In this document: piece after piece, positions 18,945 through 29,017 of the stretch
Layout of the letters: every line of letters starts with the position of its first letter
Numbering within the stretch: position 1 is the first letter of the stretch
Assembly (NCBI GenBank): GCA_963709585.1
Contig: CAVPXI010000013.1
Span: 64,001-128,000 of the forward strand
DNA: 64,000 nucleotides
Direction of reading: 5' to 3'
From: Candidatus Dormiibacterota bacterium
Lineage (GTDB): Bacteria; Chloroflexota; Dormibacteria; Aeolococcales; Aeolococcaceae
Program-made: the position numbers and the translations under genes
Notes under the pieces: model-generated
What the model saw: the letters and a program-made list of their open reading frames with translations, nothing else
The model's database searches: none
Told to the model about the DNA's origin: nothing

Positions 18945-19972
18945 CATCGGGGCCGGGCTTGATGCTCGCGTCGTTTTCAACCAACCCCAGCCCGCTGTGG
19001 TTTGCCACGCGCGGCGCCGGCGTGATGACGCTCGTCTGTCTGACCGGGGTGGTGATCCTGGGGATCTCAACATCGCTCCGGGTCACGGGTGGGCGCTCAC
19101 CGCGCTTCGTGATCGCGGCACTGCATCGCAACTTCGCGCTCTTCACGATCCTGCTCCTGGCGGTACACATCGCGACATCGGTTCTCGACCCGTTCGCCGG
19201 GATTCGGCCCGCCGATGCGGTCGTTCCGTTCAGCGGCGCGTATCGAACCTTCTGGCTCGGCCTCGGCGTCCTCGCCGCCGAAGTGCTGCTCGTGGTCACG
19301 GTGACCAGCCTCCTACGCGGGCGGATCGGGCCCCGCGTCTGGCGGATCATCCACTGGGCCGCGTATGCGTCGTGGCCGCTGGCGGTGGTGCATGGGCTCG
19401 GAACCGGCTCCGACTCCCAGGAACCGTGGATGCTCGGCCTCACCGCCGCATGCATGGCAGCGGTGCTCGTCAGCCTGGGGCAGCGCCTGCTGGTCGGACG
19501 GCTGCGCACCCTGCCGGTGCGCCTCGCAAGCGGGGTGGTCGCGGTGATGGCGACGTACGCGATCTGCGCCTGGAGCGTGGCCGGTCCGCTCCGTCCGGGG
19601 TGGGCCGTGACCGCCGGTACACCGGCGTCAATCCTCGCCTCGAAGCCGAGCGCGCCACCGATCCGTTCTGCCACGCACGGGTTCTCCGACGCCCTGATCG
19701 GCACGGTGACGAAAACATCGAGCGGCGTCGACATCGGATTACGGGACACCGTGGACACGGCGTTGACGATGGTGATCATGCCCGCCGGACCCACGGAAAC
19801 GTTGCCGCAGCTGACCGTCGCTCGCAACGCTGTGACCGTCTGCGCAAATGTGCCGGCCCGCGTGGGAGTTTCGGTTTATGCCGTCTGCAAGGGCACGCGC
19901 CTGGTCATCACCATGTTCGGGACTGGACCGTCGATCACGGGGCGTCTGGTCACCTCGGGACCCCTGGGGTGA
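18932..19972 (+). CDS. Ferric reductase-like transmembrane (heme b) protein
   Basis: LWFATRGAG, LHRN, HIATSVLD, WRIIHWAAYASWPLAVVHGLGTGSD. Confidence 0.85.
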   Translation: MAGLTSGPGLMLASFSTNPSPLWFATRGAGVMTLVCLTGVVILGISTSLRVTGGRSPRFVIAALHRNFALFTILLLAVHIATSVLDPFAGIRPADAVVPFSGAYRTFWLGLGVLAAEVLLVVTVTSLLRGRIGPRVWRIIHWAAYASWPLAVVHGLGTGSDSQEPWMLGLTAACMAAVLVSLGQRLLVGRLRTLPVRLASGVVAVMATYAICAWSVAGPLRPGWAVTAGTPASILASKPSAPPIRSATHGFSDALIGTVTKTSSGVDIGLRDTVDTALTMVIMPAGPTETLPQLTVARNAVTVCANVPARVGVSVYAVCKGTRLVITMFGTGPSITGRLVTSGPLG

Positions 19973-21282
19973 CCGCGACCGAGGTTCTCACTCCGCCGGA
20001 TGCACCGCCGCTCCAGTCGAAGCGTGCCGGTGGCACTCCACGCCTGCTCGCCGGACCACGGCTCGACTCCGGGGCGGAGACGCTGGTAGAGCACCGGGAG
20101 CGACTGGGCCGGCGCCCGATCGGCGGAGAGTGGCTTCTGGATGTCATCGAGCGCAGCGGCCTGCGCGGTCGTGGTGGCGCATGGTTCCCGACACACCGCA
20201 AGTGGCGCGGTGTGAGCCGGCTCGCGCTCGAGCGGGGGCCGTCGGTGGTCGTCGTGAATGCATCCGAAGGAGAACCCCTCTCGGCGAAGGACAAACTCCT
20301 GGCGGAGAAGCGGTCGCACCTCCTCATTGACGGTGCGCTGATCACCGCCGAGGCGGTGGGCGCCGATGATGTCGTCATCTATGTCTCGCGTCCGGCCCGG
20401 CGCGCAACGCGGGCGCTGCGGCAAGCCCTTGGCGAGCGCAGGCGCGACGGAGTCATGGAGCCGCATATCCGGATCATCCGCACGCAGCATCGATACGTCG
20501 CCGGTGAGTCTTCGGCGGTCGTGCGTCGTGTCAACGGAGGACCGGCGAAGCCGTCGTTCAGTCCGCCGCATCCGTCGGAGCGCGGTGTGCTCGGACGCCC
20601 CACCCTTGTACAGAACGCCGAGACGATCGCTCACGTCGCGCTGATCGCGCGGCACGGCGATGCCTGGTTTCGCGAGCGCGGTACCGCTGCAGCTCCGGGT
20701 ACGGGGCTGGTGACGCTGGCCGGCAACATTGCGCGGCCGGGTGTCTACGAGGTCGACCTCGGATCGTCACTGCTGAGTGTGGTCGGCGCCGCCGGAGGTG
20801 TGCTCTCGGCGCCGGCGGGACTCCTGATCGGTGGGTACTTCGGTACGTGGCTCGGGTCGGAGCGCGGGGCTGCGGCGACGCTCTGCCCGGAGCACGTCTC
20901 CGTCGGATGCGGCGTGATCGGCATGCTCGGCAGCGACGGGTGCGGCGTCGGCGAGTTGGCGAGGATCGTGAGCTACCTCGCCCGCGAGAGCGCCGGCCAA
21001 TGCGGGCCGTGTGTCTTCGGGCTTCGCGCCGTCGCCGAGGCCATGTCGCGGCTGGCCGCGGGCGACGCCGATCGCGGCGACCTGACCCGAATCCGTCGCT
21101 GGTCGGACCAGATCGTGGGTCGCGGAGCCTGCAACCATCCCGACGGCGCGGTCAACAACCTCCGCACCGCTCTCGATACTTTCGCAGCCGATGTCGAGCG
21201 CCACGTGAGCGGGCAGGCCTGCGCGGGGTTGGGTGCCACGCCGTTGCCTGTGCCTCCTCGCTCTCCGTTCGGATGGCGATGA
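19969..21282 (+). CDS. NuoF-like NADH/FMN/4Fe-4S oxidoreductase
   Basis: SGLRGRGGAWFP, NASEGEP, YVAGESSA, ESAGQCGPCVFG, GACNHPDG. Confidence 0.9.
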   Translation: MTATEVLTPPDAPPLQSKRAGGTPRLLAGPRLDSGAETLVEHRERLGRRPIGGEWLLDVIERSGLRGRGGAWFPTHRKWRGVSRLALERGPSVVVVNASEGEPLSAKDKLLAEKRSHLLIDGALITAEAVGADDVVIYVSRPARRATRALRQALGERRRDGVMEPHIRIIRTQHRYVAGESSAVVRRVNGGPAKPSFSPPHPSERGVLGRPTLVQNAETIAHVALIARHGDAWFRERGTAAAPGTGLVTLAGNIARPGVYEVDLGSSLLSVVGAAGGVLSAPAGLLIGGYFGTWLGSERGAAATLCPEHVSVGCGVIGMLGSDGCGVGELARIVSYLARESAGQCGPCVFGLRAVAEAMSRLAAGDADRGDLTRIRRWSDQIVGRGACNHPDGAVNNLRTALDTFAADVERHVSGQACAGLGATPLPVPPRSPFGWR

Positions 21283-21506
21283 GCGACACTGGCCCACGTC
21301 TCCGGGTCAACCCGATTCGATGTGACGGAGCCCGGTATTGCGCCGAGATCGTGCCGGAACTCGTCGGGCTCGATGAGTGGGGCTACCCGGTCGTGTCCTC
21401 GGTTCAGATCGAGGAAGCGCGCCTGCTTCGCCTGGCGGAGCGCGCGGTCAACGAGTGCCCGCGGGTCGCGCTCCAGCTCGTCCGGCTCCGCGCCCGCGAG
21501 CGCTGA
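21279..21506 (+). CDS. Ferredoxin (3Fe-4S type)
   Basis: VNPIRCDGARYCAE...LDEWGYP...ECPRVAL. Confidence 0.85.
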   Translation: MSDTGPRLRVNPIRCDGARYCAEIVPELVGLDEWGYPVVSSVQIEEARLLRLAERAVNECPRVALQLVRLRARER

Positions 21507-21508
21507 CC

Positions 21509-22249
21509 TCAGTCGTCCGGCGGCGGGGTCTGCCCGAGGCTCGGTGAGGGGTCAGAGCCACCTCCGTCGTTCCCGCTGCCTTCGGTCGGTGACGAGCTGC
21601 CGTGACCACTCGATGAGGACGGACTCTCGCTCCCATCCCCCGCGGCAGGATTCGCGCCCAAGCGGGGGGTGTCATCCTCGGTCGGGCGCGGGGTGCCGAT
21701 GGGCAGTGGCAAAGGGCTCTCCGACTCAATCCCGGATTCCTCGCTGAGCAGGGTTGCCTCGTCGAGTCGGTACCGTGACCAGAATGGCGACGACGGCTCG
21801 CCGGAAAGTGCCGTGAATGCGGCCTTGAGCTCCGTGCTGGCGTCCGCGAGGCTCTGGGCCGGATTGATTCCTCCTCTCGCATCCGCAAGGCTCGACTCGG
21901 CGAACTGGAGGTGGAGCGTCGCGTCATCCGCGCCAGGAAGCTTGAGCATCACGCCCTGGCGTGCCTCGCGTACCACGAAGAGCGCAGATCCTGGCGGTGC
22001 GTTCCATCCCGCGGCGGCGACGCTCGTAGCGGCCACGATCGTCGCCGTCGAGGCGATCACGCCTGCGCGGCCGAAACGCGGGCGAAGGCCGAAGAAGCTT
22101 CGCGCGCGAGGTCGCCGGGACGCGACGATTATCGCGTCGAGCATTGCGTCCTGCGCGCGCTCGCGAGCGTGGCGGCGGGGCGCGTGGCGGCTGCTCAGGC
22201 GCCAGGCGTCGAGCGAGGCGGAGAGCTGCGGATCGATCCAGTCGGTCAT
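21509..22249 (-). CDS. Putative anti-sigma factor (single TM, low-complexity tail)
   Basis: Coupled downstream of the ECF sigma; TM then APPGSALFVVRE segment. Confidence 0.6.
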   Translation of the reverse strand: MTDWIDPQLSASLDAWRLSSRHAPRRHARERAQDAMLDAIIVASRRPRARSFFGLRPRFGRAGVIASTATIVAATSVAAAGWNAPPGSALFVVREARQGVMLKLPGADDATLHLQFAESSLADARGGINPAQSLADASTELKAAFTALSGEPSSPFWSRYRLDEATLLSEESGIESESPLPLPIGTPRPTEDDTPRLGANPAAGDGSESPSSSSGHGSSSPTEGSGNDGGGSDPSPSLGQTPPPDD

Positions 22250-22830
22250 GCTGCCCTCTTCGGGCTGAGTGCCCGGCGCAGCGACTCGAGCGCCCGGTGT
22301 TGCATGGACTTCACCGCGCCGACGGTTTTCTTCGTCGTCGAGGCAACGTCCTCCAGCGATTGATCGAGAACAAACCGGCGGATCAGGACGTCGCGCTGGT
22401 CCTCGGTGAGGTGGACCATGGCGGTGCGAACTCGGTCCGCCTCCATGTTCATCTCAGCGATAGCTCCCGGATCTGCGCCCGGGGGGCCGGCGTCGAGTGC
22501 GAGCCCACGCTGGCGACTGCCCCGACGGATGTGGTCGACGACCTTATAACGGCAGATGTGCAGGAACCATGCCTGTACCGCGGGCTCCCGCCTGTCCCGG
22601 AGCGTCTTGATCGACGTCACTGCCGCCACAAACACTTCCTGTGTCACATCTTCAGCCGCCGCGAGGTCGCCGAGGCGCGCGAGCGCATAGGCATGCACAT
22701 CGGGGTAAAAGCGCTCGAACAGAGCGTTCCACCCGTGTGCCTCGCCGCGCTGCGCGGCCTCTACCGCCTGGGTGAGACGGTTGGTCTCTGCCAGGCTCGC
22801 GCCGCCGCTGTCGGATTCATCAAATATCAA
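22246..22830 (-). CDS. ECF sigma-70 factor
   Basis: AAEDVTQEVF, AWFLHICRYKVVD, LTEDQRDVLIRRF...GAVKSMQHRAL. Confidence 0.9.
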   Translation of the reverse strand: MIFDESDSGGASLAETNRLTQAVEAAQRGEAHGWNALFERFYPDVHAYALARLGDLAAAEDVTQEVFVAAVTSIKTLRDRREPAVQAWFLHICRYKVVDHIRRGSRQRGLALDAGPPGADPGAIAEMNMEADRVRTAMVHLTEDQRDVLIRRFVLDQSLEDVASTTKKTVGAVKSMQHRALESLRRALSPKRAA

Positions 22831-23401
22831 GTCGGCTGCGATGGCCTCCGGGATACGGGTGGCAGCGTACAGGTACCGGTCCGCGCCGCGGACGGCGGCT
22901 CAAGCTGCCACTGGTGATGTTCGTTCTCATCCTCGCGCCGCCCGGGGCGGCAGACAAAGGGCGCCGCTCCGCACCTGCGCACGCTCAACCAGCGCGATGG
23001 CGTGACGCATATGGTCAACCGATTCTCCGTCGGCAGGTGCGCCTGTGACAAACGCCTCTGTCGCCGCCGCAACGGAGCTTTCAACATGCTGACATGAAAC
23101 CTATAACCGTCAGGAGTAGTGCCATGACTGTATGTGTCTTCGGCAACGATGCGACAGCTGGCCGCGATCTGCGCGGCCCCATTGGGTACTTGGTAGCACA
23201 TCCCACGCTCCGCTTCACGTGCGCGGCTTCGGCGTTCACGACCAGCCTCTACGCCATCAGACACTCCGTCCGCCCCGCTACTAGCCTGAAGCGCGCCGCA
23301 TGGACGGCGCTCGCTGCCCTCACAGCCGTCGAGGGCGCCGGACTCGTCGCACTCCTTCCCCAGAGCCAGGGCTCGCCCCTGGACGGCGTGGGCGCGTCGG
23401 C

Positions 23402-23917
23402 ATGAGCATCCTCATTGCATATGCGAGTAAGCATGGCGCCACAGCTGGAATCGCCGAGCGCATCGGCGCAGCCCTGCATCTGCGCGGTCTGGAGGCATGC
23501 GTCATGTCCATTTCGGAGGTGCCGGATCTTCGGCACTATGACGCAGCCATCATCGGCAGCGCGGTCTATATGGGACGCTGGATGAAGGAGGCATCGTCGT
23601 TCGTTCGCCAACATCAAGCGGAGCTCGTGCGCGCACCGCTGTGGGTGTTCAGCAGCGGGCCTGTGGGGCCCAAGTCCTTACCCGAGGCCGCCGACCTCGC
23701 GGAGTTTCGCACTCTGCTCAACGTCATGGACGATGCCACATTTGATGGCGCCATCGACGCACAGAAGCTGTCGCTTTCGGAGCGGCTGATGGTCAAAGCG
23801 GTGCGAGCCCCATATGGCGACTACCGCAAGTGGGATCGCATCGACGAATGGGCCGGCTCGATAGCCACCTCTCTCGGCGCCTCCGCCATGCAGCACGGCG
23901 TTCAAATGGCCCGATGA
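23402..23917 (+). CDS. Flavodoxin-domain protein (HemG-like)
   Basis: ILIAYASKHGATAGIAERI, GSAVYMGRW, FSSGP, GDYRKWDRIDEWA. Confidence 0.85.
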   Translation: MSILIAYASKHGATAGIAERIGAALHLRGLEACVMSISEVPDLRHYDAAIIGSAVYMGRWMKEASSFVRQHQAELVRAPLWVFSSGPVGPKSLPEAADLAEFRTLLNVMDDATFDGAIDAQKLSLSERLMVKAVRAPYGDYRKWDRIDEWAGSIATSLGASAMQHGVQMAR

Positions 23918-24000
23918 GCCCATGACTTTCGACCCTGGCAGACGGCCGCGCTGAAGATCCACTCTCTGAGGTAGAACCTCGAGAACCAGGGAGAGCGGCC

Positions 24001-25536
24001 ATGAGTGCCCAACCATATGGAGCGACGACCAAATCTGCAGGCGGCTCGCGCGCCGGCGGTATCGCGCTTGTCATCCTCGGCAGCATCGTCGCGTTGATTG
24101 CACTCGGCCTGCTCGCCGGCGGCGGAGTGTTGATGTGGGCAGACCGAACGCAGCGTGATACTGCCGGCTACTTGACGTCTCCGAGCACCCGTCTCACGAC
24201 CGCCTCATACGCGATTGCGGCAACCGATCTCAACGTCGCCACCGATGCGCCTGGATTGCATGTCCCCAACGGGGCGCTCGGCTCGGTGCGCGTAGTGGCA
24301 ACCGCGGGCACAGCGAGCCCACTGTTCATCGGTATCGCGCCCAGCGCTGATGTGCAGCGATACCTCGACGGGGTCGCATATGACCAGCTTCAGGGATTCA
24401 TGGGGACGTCGGGAGGACCCGACTACCTGCCGCACAGTGGCGGTGCCCCTGCGTCGCCGGCTTCCCAGACCTTCTGGAAGGCGCATGTCTCCGGCAGCGG
24501 CACGCAGTCACTGACGTGGAACCCCGCAAACGGCCATTGGGCGGTCGTGCTCATGAATGCGGACGGCTCGCAGACTGTCGCCGCCGATGTGTCTGTTGGA
24601 GCAACTGCGCCATTCCTCTTCGCGCTCGCGCTTGGGGTGTTGATTGGCGGCGGCGTTGCTTTGCTGGTGGCTATCGCCCTCCTCTTCGGAGGCAGCGCCA
24701 TGTTGCGCTCTCGGGAACGGGGTCAGTCGAAAACCTGGTTGGCGCCACCCCCGTCTGCGCCAATCCCTCCGTCACCCTCCTTTGGCGCGGCGCTCCCGCC
24801 ACCGCTTGCTCCGACGGGCGTGAGCTACCCACTCCGCATCGAGGGACACCTTGATTCGACCCCAAGTCGGTGGCTCTGGTTGGTGAAGTGGATCCTCCTC
24901 ATCCCGCACTACGTCGTCCTTGCGTTTCTCTTCATGGCGGCGCTCGTGCTCACCGTGATCGCATTCTTCACGATCCTTTTCACCGGGCGGTATCCGCGTT
25001 CGATCTTCGATTTCAACGTTGGCGTTCTCCGCTGGTGGTGGCGGGTCAGCTTCTACGGCTACAGCGCACTCGGCACGGATCGCTATCCGCCGTTCACCCT
25101 CAATTCAGCAGCGGAGTATCCGGCGACCCTGGAGATTTCCTACCCAGAACGGCTGTCTCGAGGGCTCGTGCTGGTCAAGTGGTGGCTCCTCGCCATCCCG
25201 CACTATCTCGTTGTGGCGGTGCTGGTCGGTGGCACCGCGCTCGCCGTGCACGGAGCGTCGACATACTCCGCGCCGTACACGGGGCTGATCACGATATTCG
25301 TGTTTGTCGCTGCCATAGCCGTGCTGTTCACCGGGCGCTACCCACGCGGCATCTTCGACCTCGTCATGGGGCTGAACCTGTGGGTCTTCCGCGTCCTTGC
25401 ATACGTGCTTCTGCTTCGGGACGAGTACCCGCCGTTCCGGCTCGATCTGGGTGGTGATGAAACACCCGGCGCTCCTAGTGTGGAAGCACCGATGCCACCG
25501 AGCCCCTTCCGCCAACCGCACCGGCAGGGCATTTGA
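24001..25536 (+). CDS. DUF4389 domain membrane protein
   Basis: Two repeats of SR.L.LVKW.L.IPHY...TGRYPR.IFD...YPPF. Confidence 0.85.
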   Translation: MSAQPYGATTKSAGGSRAGGIALVILGSIVALIALGLLAGGGVLMWADRTQRDTAGYLTSPSTRLTTASYAIAATDLNVATDAPGLHVPNGALGSVRVVATAGTASPLFIGIAPSADVQRYLDGVAYDQLQGFMGTSGGPDYLPHSGGAPASPASQTFWKAHVSGSGTQSLTWNPANGHWAVVLMNADGSQTVAADVSVGATAPFLFALALGVLIGGGVALLVAIALLFGGSAMLRSRERGQSKTWLAPPPSAPIPPSPSFGAALPPPLAPTGVSYPLRIEGHLDSTPSRWLWLVKWILLIPHYVVLAFLFMAALVLTVIAFFTILFTGRYPRSIFDFNVGVLRWWWRVSFYGYSALGTDRYPPFTLNSAAEYPATLEISYPERLSRGLVLVKWWLLAIPHYLVVAVLVGGTALAVHGASTYSAPYTGLITIFVFVAAIAVLFTGRYPRGIFDLVMGLNLWVFRVLAYVLLLRDEYPPFRLDLGGDETPGAPSVEAPMPPSPFRQPHRQGI

Positions 25537-25557
25537 AGACACTGGGATCCAGACACG

Positions 25558-26135
25558 ATGCGAGGCCAAGTGAACACAGCGGCATGCGCCGACGCCACCG
25601 TTGATCTGTACTGGCTCCCTCTCGGCGCCGGCGGCCACTTCGTACGCTGGAATAGACGTGTTTATGAAGCGCTGATCGCACTCCGTGAGCGACGGCGGCC
25701 GCAGGATCTCTACCACTCGGCCCTGGTGGCCACGGTGGCGCAGAGCCGCTTCGTGATCGAGATGACGCCGGTCCGCGACGCCAACAGCGCTGAGCGCGGC
25801 GTGGTCGCGGAGGGGCTGTCGGCTCGCGACTGGCCGGACGGCTCCGCGTGTTTCGCTACGAGCTCCGCCCTTGGAATAATGGAGTCATCCCTGACGTCGA
25901 CGAGGCAGTCGAGAGTCCGGTGCATCTCAGCGGCGATTCGCGAGATGCCCGCCGAATCCTCGAGCTCGTGCCTGAGGTGCCGACGCTTGTGTGGGGTCGC
26001 GACGAGCTTCGCGCTGGTGAGATGTGGAACTCGAATTCGGTCGTTTCGTGGCTTCTCGTTCGCGCGGGTCTCGACAGCGACTTGATCCCGACCGCCGGCG
26101 GGAGGGCGCGCGCCTGGCTGGAAGGCCGGCCTGAT
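25558..26135 (+). pseudogene. Conserved hypothetical protein, frameshifted
   Basis: VDLYWLPLGAGGH...LYHSAL in one frame; FRYEL...WGRDELRAGEMWNSNSVVSWLL in another. Confidence 0.65.
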
Positions 26136-26332
26136 TGCTGCGTAACGCCCGCTGCTCAAGCGGACATCGCTCAGAACCAGGTCCGTGCGATGGCGCTCAG
26201 CCCTTGCGGACGAGCGGAGTGGAGGGGGTCCGGCTGTGCCAAGCATCAGGCGGACGCGCCGCGCACCGTCAAGCATCTCTTGGACCCGCGGTGGCCAAGT
26301 ATCTGCCGGGCTCTTACACGGTCGATGGCCGT

Positions 26333-26693
26333 CAAAACTGTAAGCGCTATGTATGCGCTGGACTGCCACAATCTCTTGCTATGAGCAGCGGCATCCGGCC
26401 TCAACTGTGGGGAATGATGCCTTTTGCAGGAAAAGTCATCATTCCTGGTTAGAGCACTACACCCCGTTAGCCGGCAGGCCCCCAACGCACCGCGCAACCA
26501 CTCGTTGCGAACTCAAATTGCGCGTCCGTCGGGGAGACAGGACTCGAACCTGCGACCCCTGGTCCCCCAGACTAGTCCTCATTTCCCGATGCGTGCTGAG
26601 TTCGATTTAGAGTGGTTTTGTGGGGAATTGGTTGGAATGACGACTAGATTGCGTGTTTTGGACTTCGTTGGAATCGCGTGGACATCATTGGAG
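26333..26693 (-). repeat. Family A repeat copy 2 (both arms; tRNA-Pro fragment 26528-26575)
   Basis: Core identical to copy 1; arms align. Confidence 0.9.
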
Positions 26694-26788
26694 GTAGTGG
26701 GCTCGTAATCGCCTCGGCGGGCGCCGGTTCGCCAGTCACGAAGGTTAGGGCGTCGCCGCATCAAATGGGCCGGCCGATCCCTTCCGCC

Positions 26789-27553
26789 TCAGCCCGTCGA
26801 GAGCGAACCCTCGGCGGCGGTTGCTGCGGTGGGATCCTCTCCGCCGGGACCACGCAGGACAAGGGCTATGCCCACCGCCAGCACCGCTCCAGCAGTGGGG
26901 CCAATCAGGTATATCCAGAAGTTGGCGAAGTTGAGGCCGACAAGTTCTGGCCCGAAGGAACGGGCCGGGTTCATCGAGGCGCCGCTGATGGGGCTGGCCC
27001 AGAGCCCGGCAAGGACGATGTAAGCGCCCACCGCGAGCGCTGAGAGCGGCCCCACATTCTGGGCAGCCGACGCCGTTCCCAAAATCGTGCTCACCAGGCC
27101 AAGGGTCAGGAGCACCTCGATCAGGAGCGCCTGCCATCCGTGTATCCCCTGGCCGGGCTGGGTGGCGCCAAGACCCCCAGCGTTGCCGAGGGCCGCCAGG
27201 AGAAACAGGCAGGCTAGCGTCGCACCCACGAGTTGGGTCACCACGTAGGCAGGGACGCGACGCCATGGGAAATCCCGACGCATTGCGAAAGCCAGAGTGA
27301 CCACCGGGTTGAGGTGCGCTCCCGAGATCTTGCCCATGAAGAGGATGACCGCCATCACGGTCAGGCCCGGGGCGGCAACCTCCGCCGATCTGCTGACCGC
27401 GCCGTGGCTGAGCGCGGCGACCACCCCTCCTCCCGCCGCCGCGACCACCAGGAGAAACGTGCCAAACAGTTCGGCGAAGAGCCGGCGCCACTCCTGCCTC
27501 GAGTTGCGGAACGCGGCAACCGGATGAGCCGTCTCCCCTTCCACGGGCCTCAC
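26789..27553 (-). CDS. MIP/aquaporin channel
   Basis: AELFGTF, SGAHLNPVVT and GASMNPARSFGP. Confidence 0.92.
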   Translation of the reverse strand: MRPVEGETAHPVAAFRNSRQEWRRLFAELFGTFLLVVAAAGGGVVAALSHGAVSRSAEVAAPGLTVMAVILFMGKISGAHLNPVVTLAFAMRRDFPWRRVPAYVVTQLVGATLACLFLLAALGNAGGLGATQPGQGIHGWQALLIEVLLTLGLVSTILGTASAAQNVGPLSALAVGAYIVLAGLWASPISGASMNPARSFGPELVGLNFANFWIYLIGPTAGAVLAVGIALVLRGPGGEDPTAATAAEGSLSTG

Positions 27554-27591
27554 GGGGTCGTCTTAAACCTGGTCGAAGTGGGCAACACCGT

Positions 27592-29013
27592 CTATGACCC
27601 TGTGCTGGCGGCGACGGTCCCGCGGGGTTTGTGCCACCTTTCACCGGGGCCGAGAAGCGCATCAGCTTGTTTGGGTCCCCATCCCCCTGGCTTGTACGCA
27701 ACTGCACGACGATGCCGCCTGAGAATGGGATCAACCACCGTCCACGCCGCCTCGACAGCGGCCTCGCTGGTGAAGAGGGTGCCGTCGCCTGCCATTGCGT
27801 CCCCGAGGAGGCGATCGTAGGGCGATTCGGCCCTACGCTCCTCCTCCATGAGTGAAAATTCCCGCTGGACGCCCGAGAACTCGTCACCTGCACGCTTCAA
27901 GCGAGCTGCAATCGCGATAGCGGGTCCGGGCTGGAGACGAAATCGCAGGTAATTGGCGCCACTGACCTGGCCGGGTGAGTTGGCGAAGAGGCGTTGCGGG
28001 GGCGGTTTGAGCTCGACGACTACTTCGGTCGCGGTCGCTGCCAGACACTTGCCCGCCCGGATGTACCAGGGCACGCCACCCCAGCGCCATGAATCGATGT
28101 GTACTCGTGCTGCACAGTACGTCTCGACGTCGGATCCTTGCGCCACGCCACCCTCGGTTCGGTATCCGATGTATTGACCGCGGACAATGTCGTCTCGCGT
28201 CAAGGGGCGCATCGAGCGAAAGACCTTGACCTTCTCATTGCGCTGGTCGTCGGCTGCGATGCTCGCTGGGGAGTCCATCGCCAGCAGCGCAACTACCTGG
28301 AAGAGATGGTTCTCCACCACATCGCGCAGGCAGCCGGTTGCATCGTAGAAGGCGCCTCGCCCCCGGACGCCGAATCGCTCCGCCATCGTGATCTGCACGC
28401 TCGCCACGTGGTCTCGGTTCCAGATTGGCTCAAGAAAGGAGTTGGCGAAACGGAAGTAGAGGAGGCTCTCGACAGACTCCTTGCCGAGGAAGTGGTCGAT
28501 CCGGTAGATCGAGTCCTCAGAAAAGACCGAATGGGCAACGCGGTTCAGCCGTCGAGCTGACGCGAGGTCGTGTCCGAATGGCTTCTCAACGACGACCCGC
28601 GCACCGTTGGCCAAACCTGCCGCTCCAAGCTGTTGGATGACATCGGCGAAAAGGCCGGGCGGAATCGCTAGATAGTGCGCGGGATGGAGGACCTTTTCAA
28701 GGGCAACCTTTAGCCTCACAAAGGTGTCGGCGTCCTTGTAGTCACCGTCAACGTACTGCAGCCTGGACAAGAGCTGGTTGAAAGCACGCCGGTCGTCGAT
28801 ACCCCCTGCAGAGTGCTCGATGCTATCGCGGGCCCGATTGCGCAGCTGCGCCAAGTCCCAATCTGACTGGGCGACCCCGACAATCGGAACGTTGAGCACG
28901 TTCCGCTTGGTCATGGCGTAAAGAGCCGGAAAGATCTGTTTGTGTGCCAGATCCCCGCTGGCGCCGAAAAAGACGAGCGCATCCGATGCGACGCCGGTGA
29001 TCGTCGTGGACAT
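27592..29013 (-). CDS. zwf: Glucose-6-phosphate 1-dehydrogenase
   Basis: [33 protein letters not shown]. Confidence 0.93.
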   Translation of the reverse strand: MSTTITGVASDALVFFGASGDLAHKQIFPALYAMTKRNVLNVPIVGVAQSDWDLAQLRNRARDSIEHSAGGIDDRRAFNQLLSRLQYVDGDYKDADTFVRLKVALEKVLHPAHYLAIPPGLFADVIQQLGAAGLANGARVVVEKPFGHDLASARRLNRVAHSVFSEDSIYRIDHFLGKESVESLLYFRFANSFLEPIWNRDHVASVQITMAERFGVRGRGAFYDATGCLRDVVENHLFQVVALLAMDSPASIAADDQRNEKVKVFRSMRPLTRDDIVRGQYIGYRTEGGVAQGSDVETYCAARVHIDSWRWGGVPWYIRAGKCLAATATEVVVELKPPPQRLFANSPGQVSGANYLRFRLQPGPAIAIAARLKRAGDEFSGVQREFSLMEEERRAESPYDRLLGDAMAGDGTLFTSEAAVEAAWTVVDPILRRHRRAVAYKPGGWGPKQADALLGPGERWHKPRGTVAASTGS

Positions 29014-29017
29014 CGGG

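Noticed and set aside
18997-19968. 761-aa extended NuoF fusion ORF
   Set aside because: The extension is an off-frame read of the ferric reductase gene; the real start is GTG at 19969
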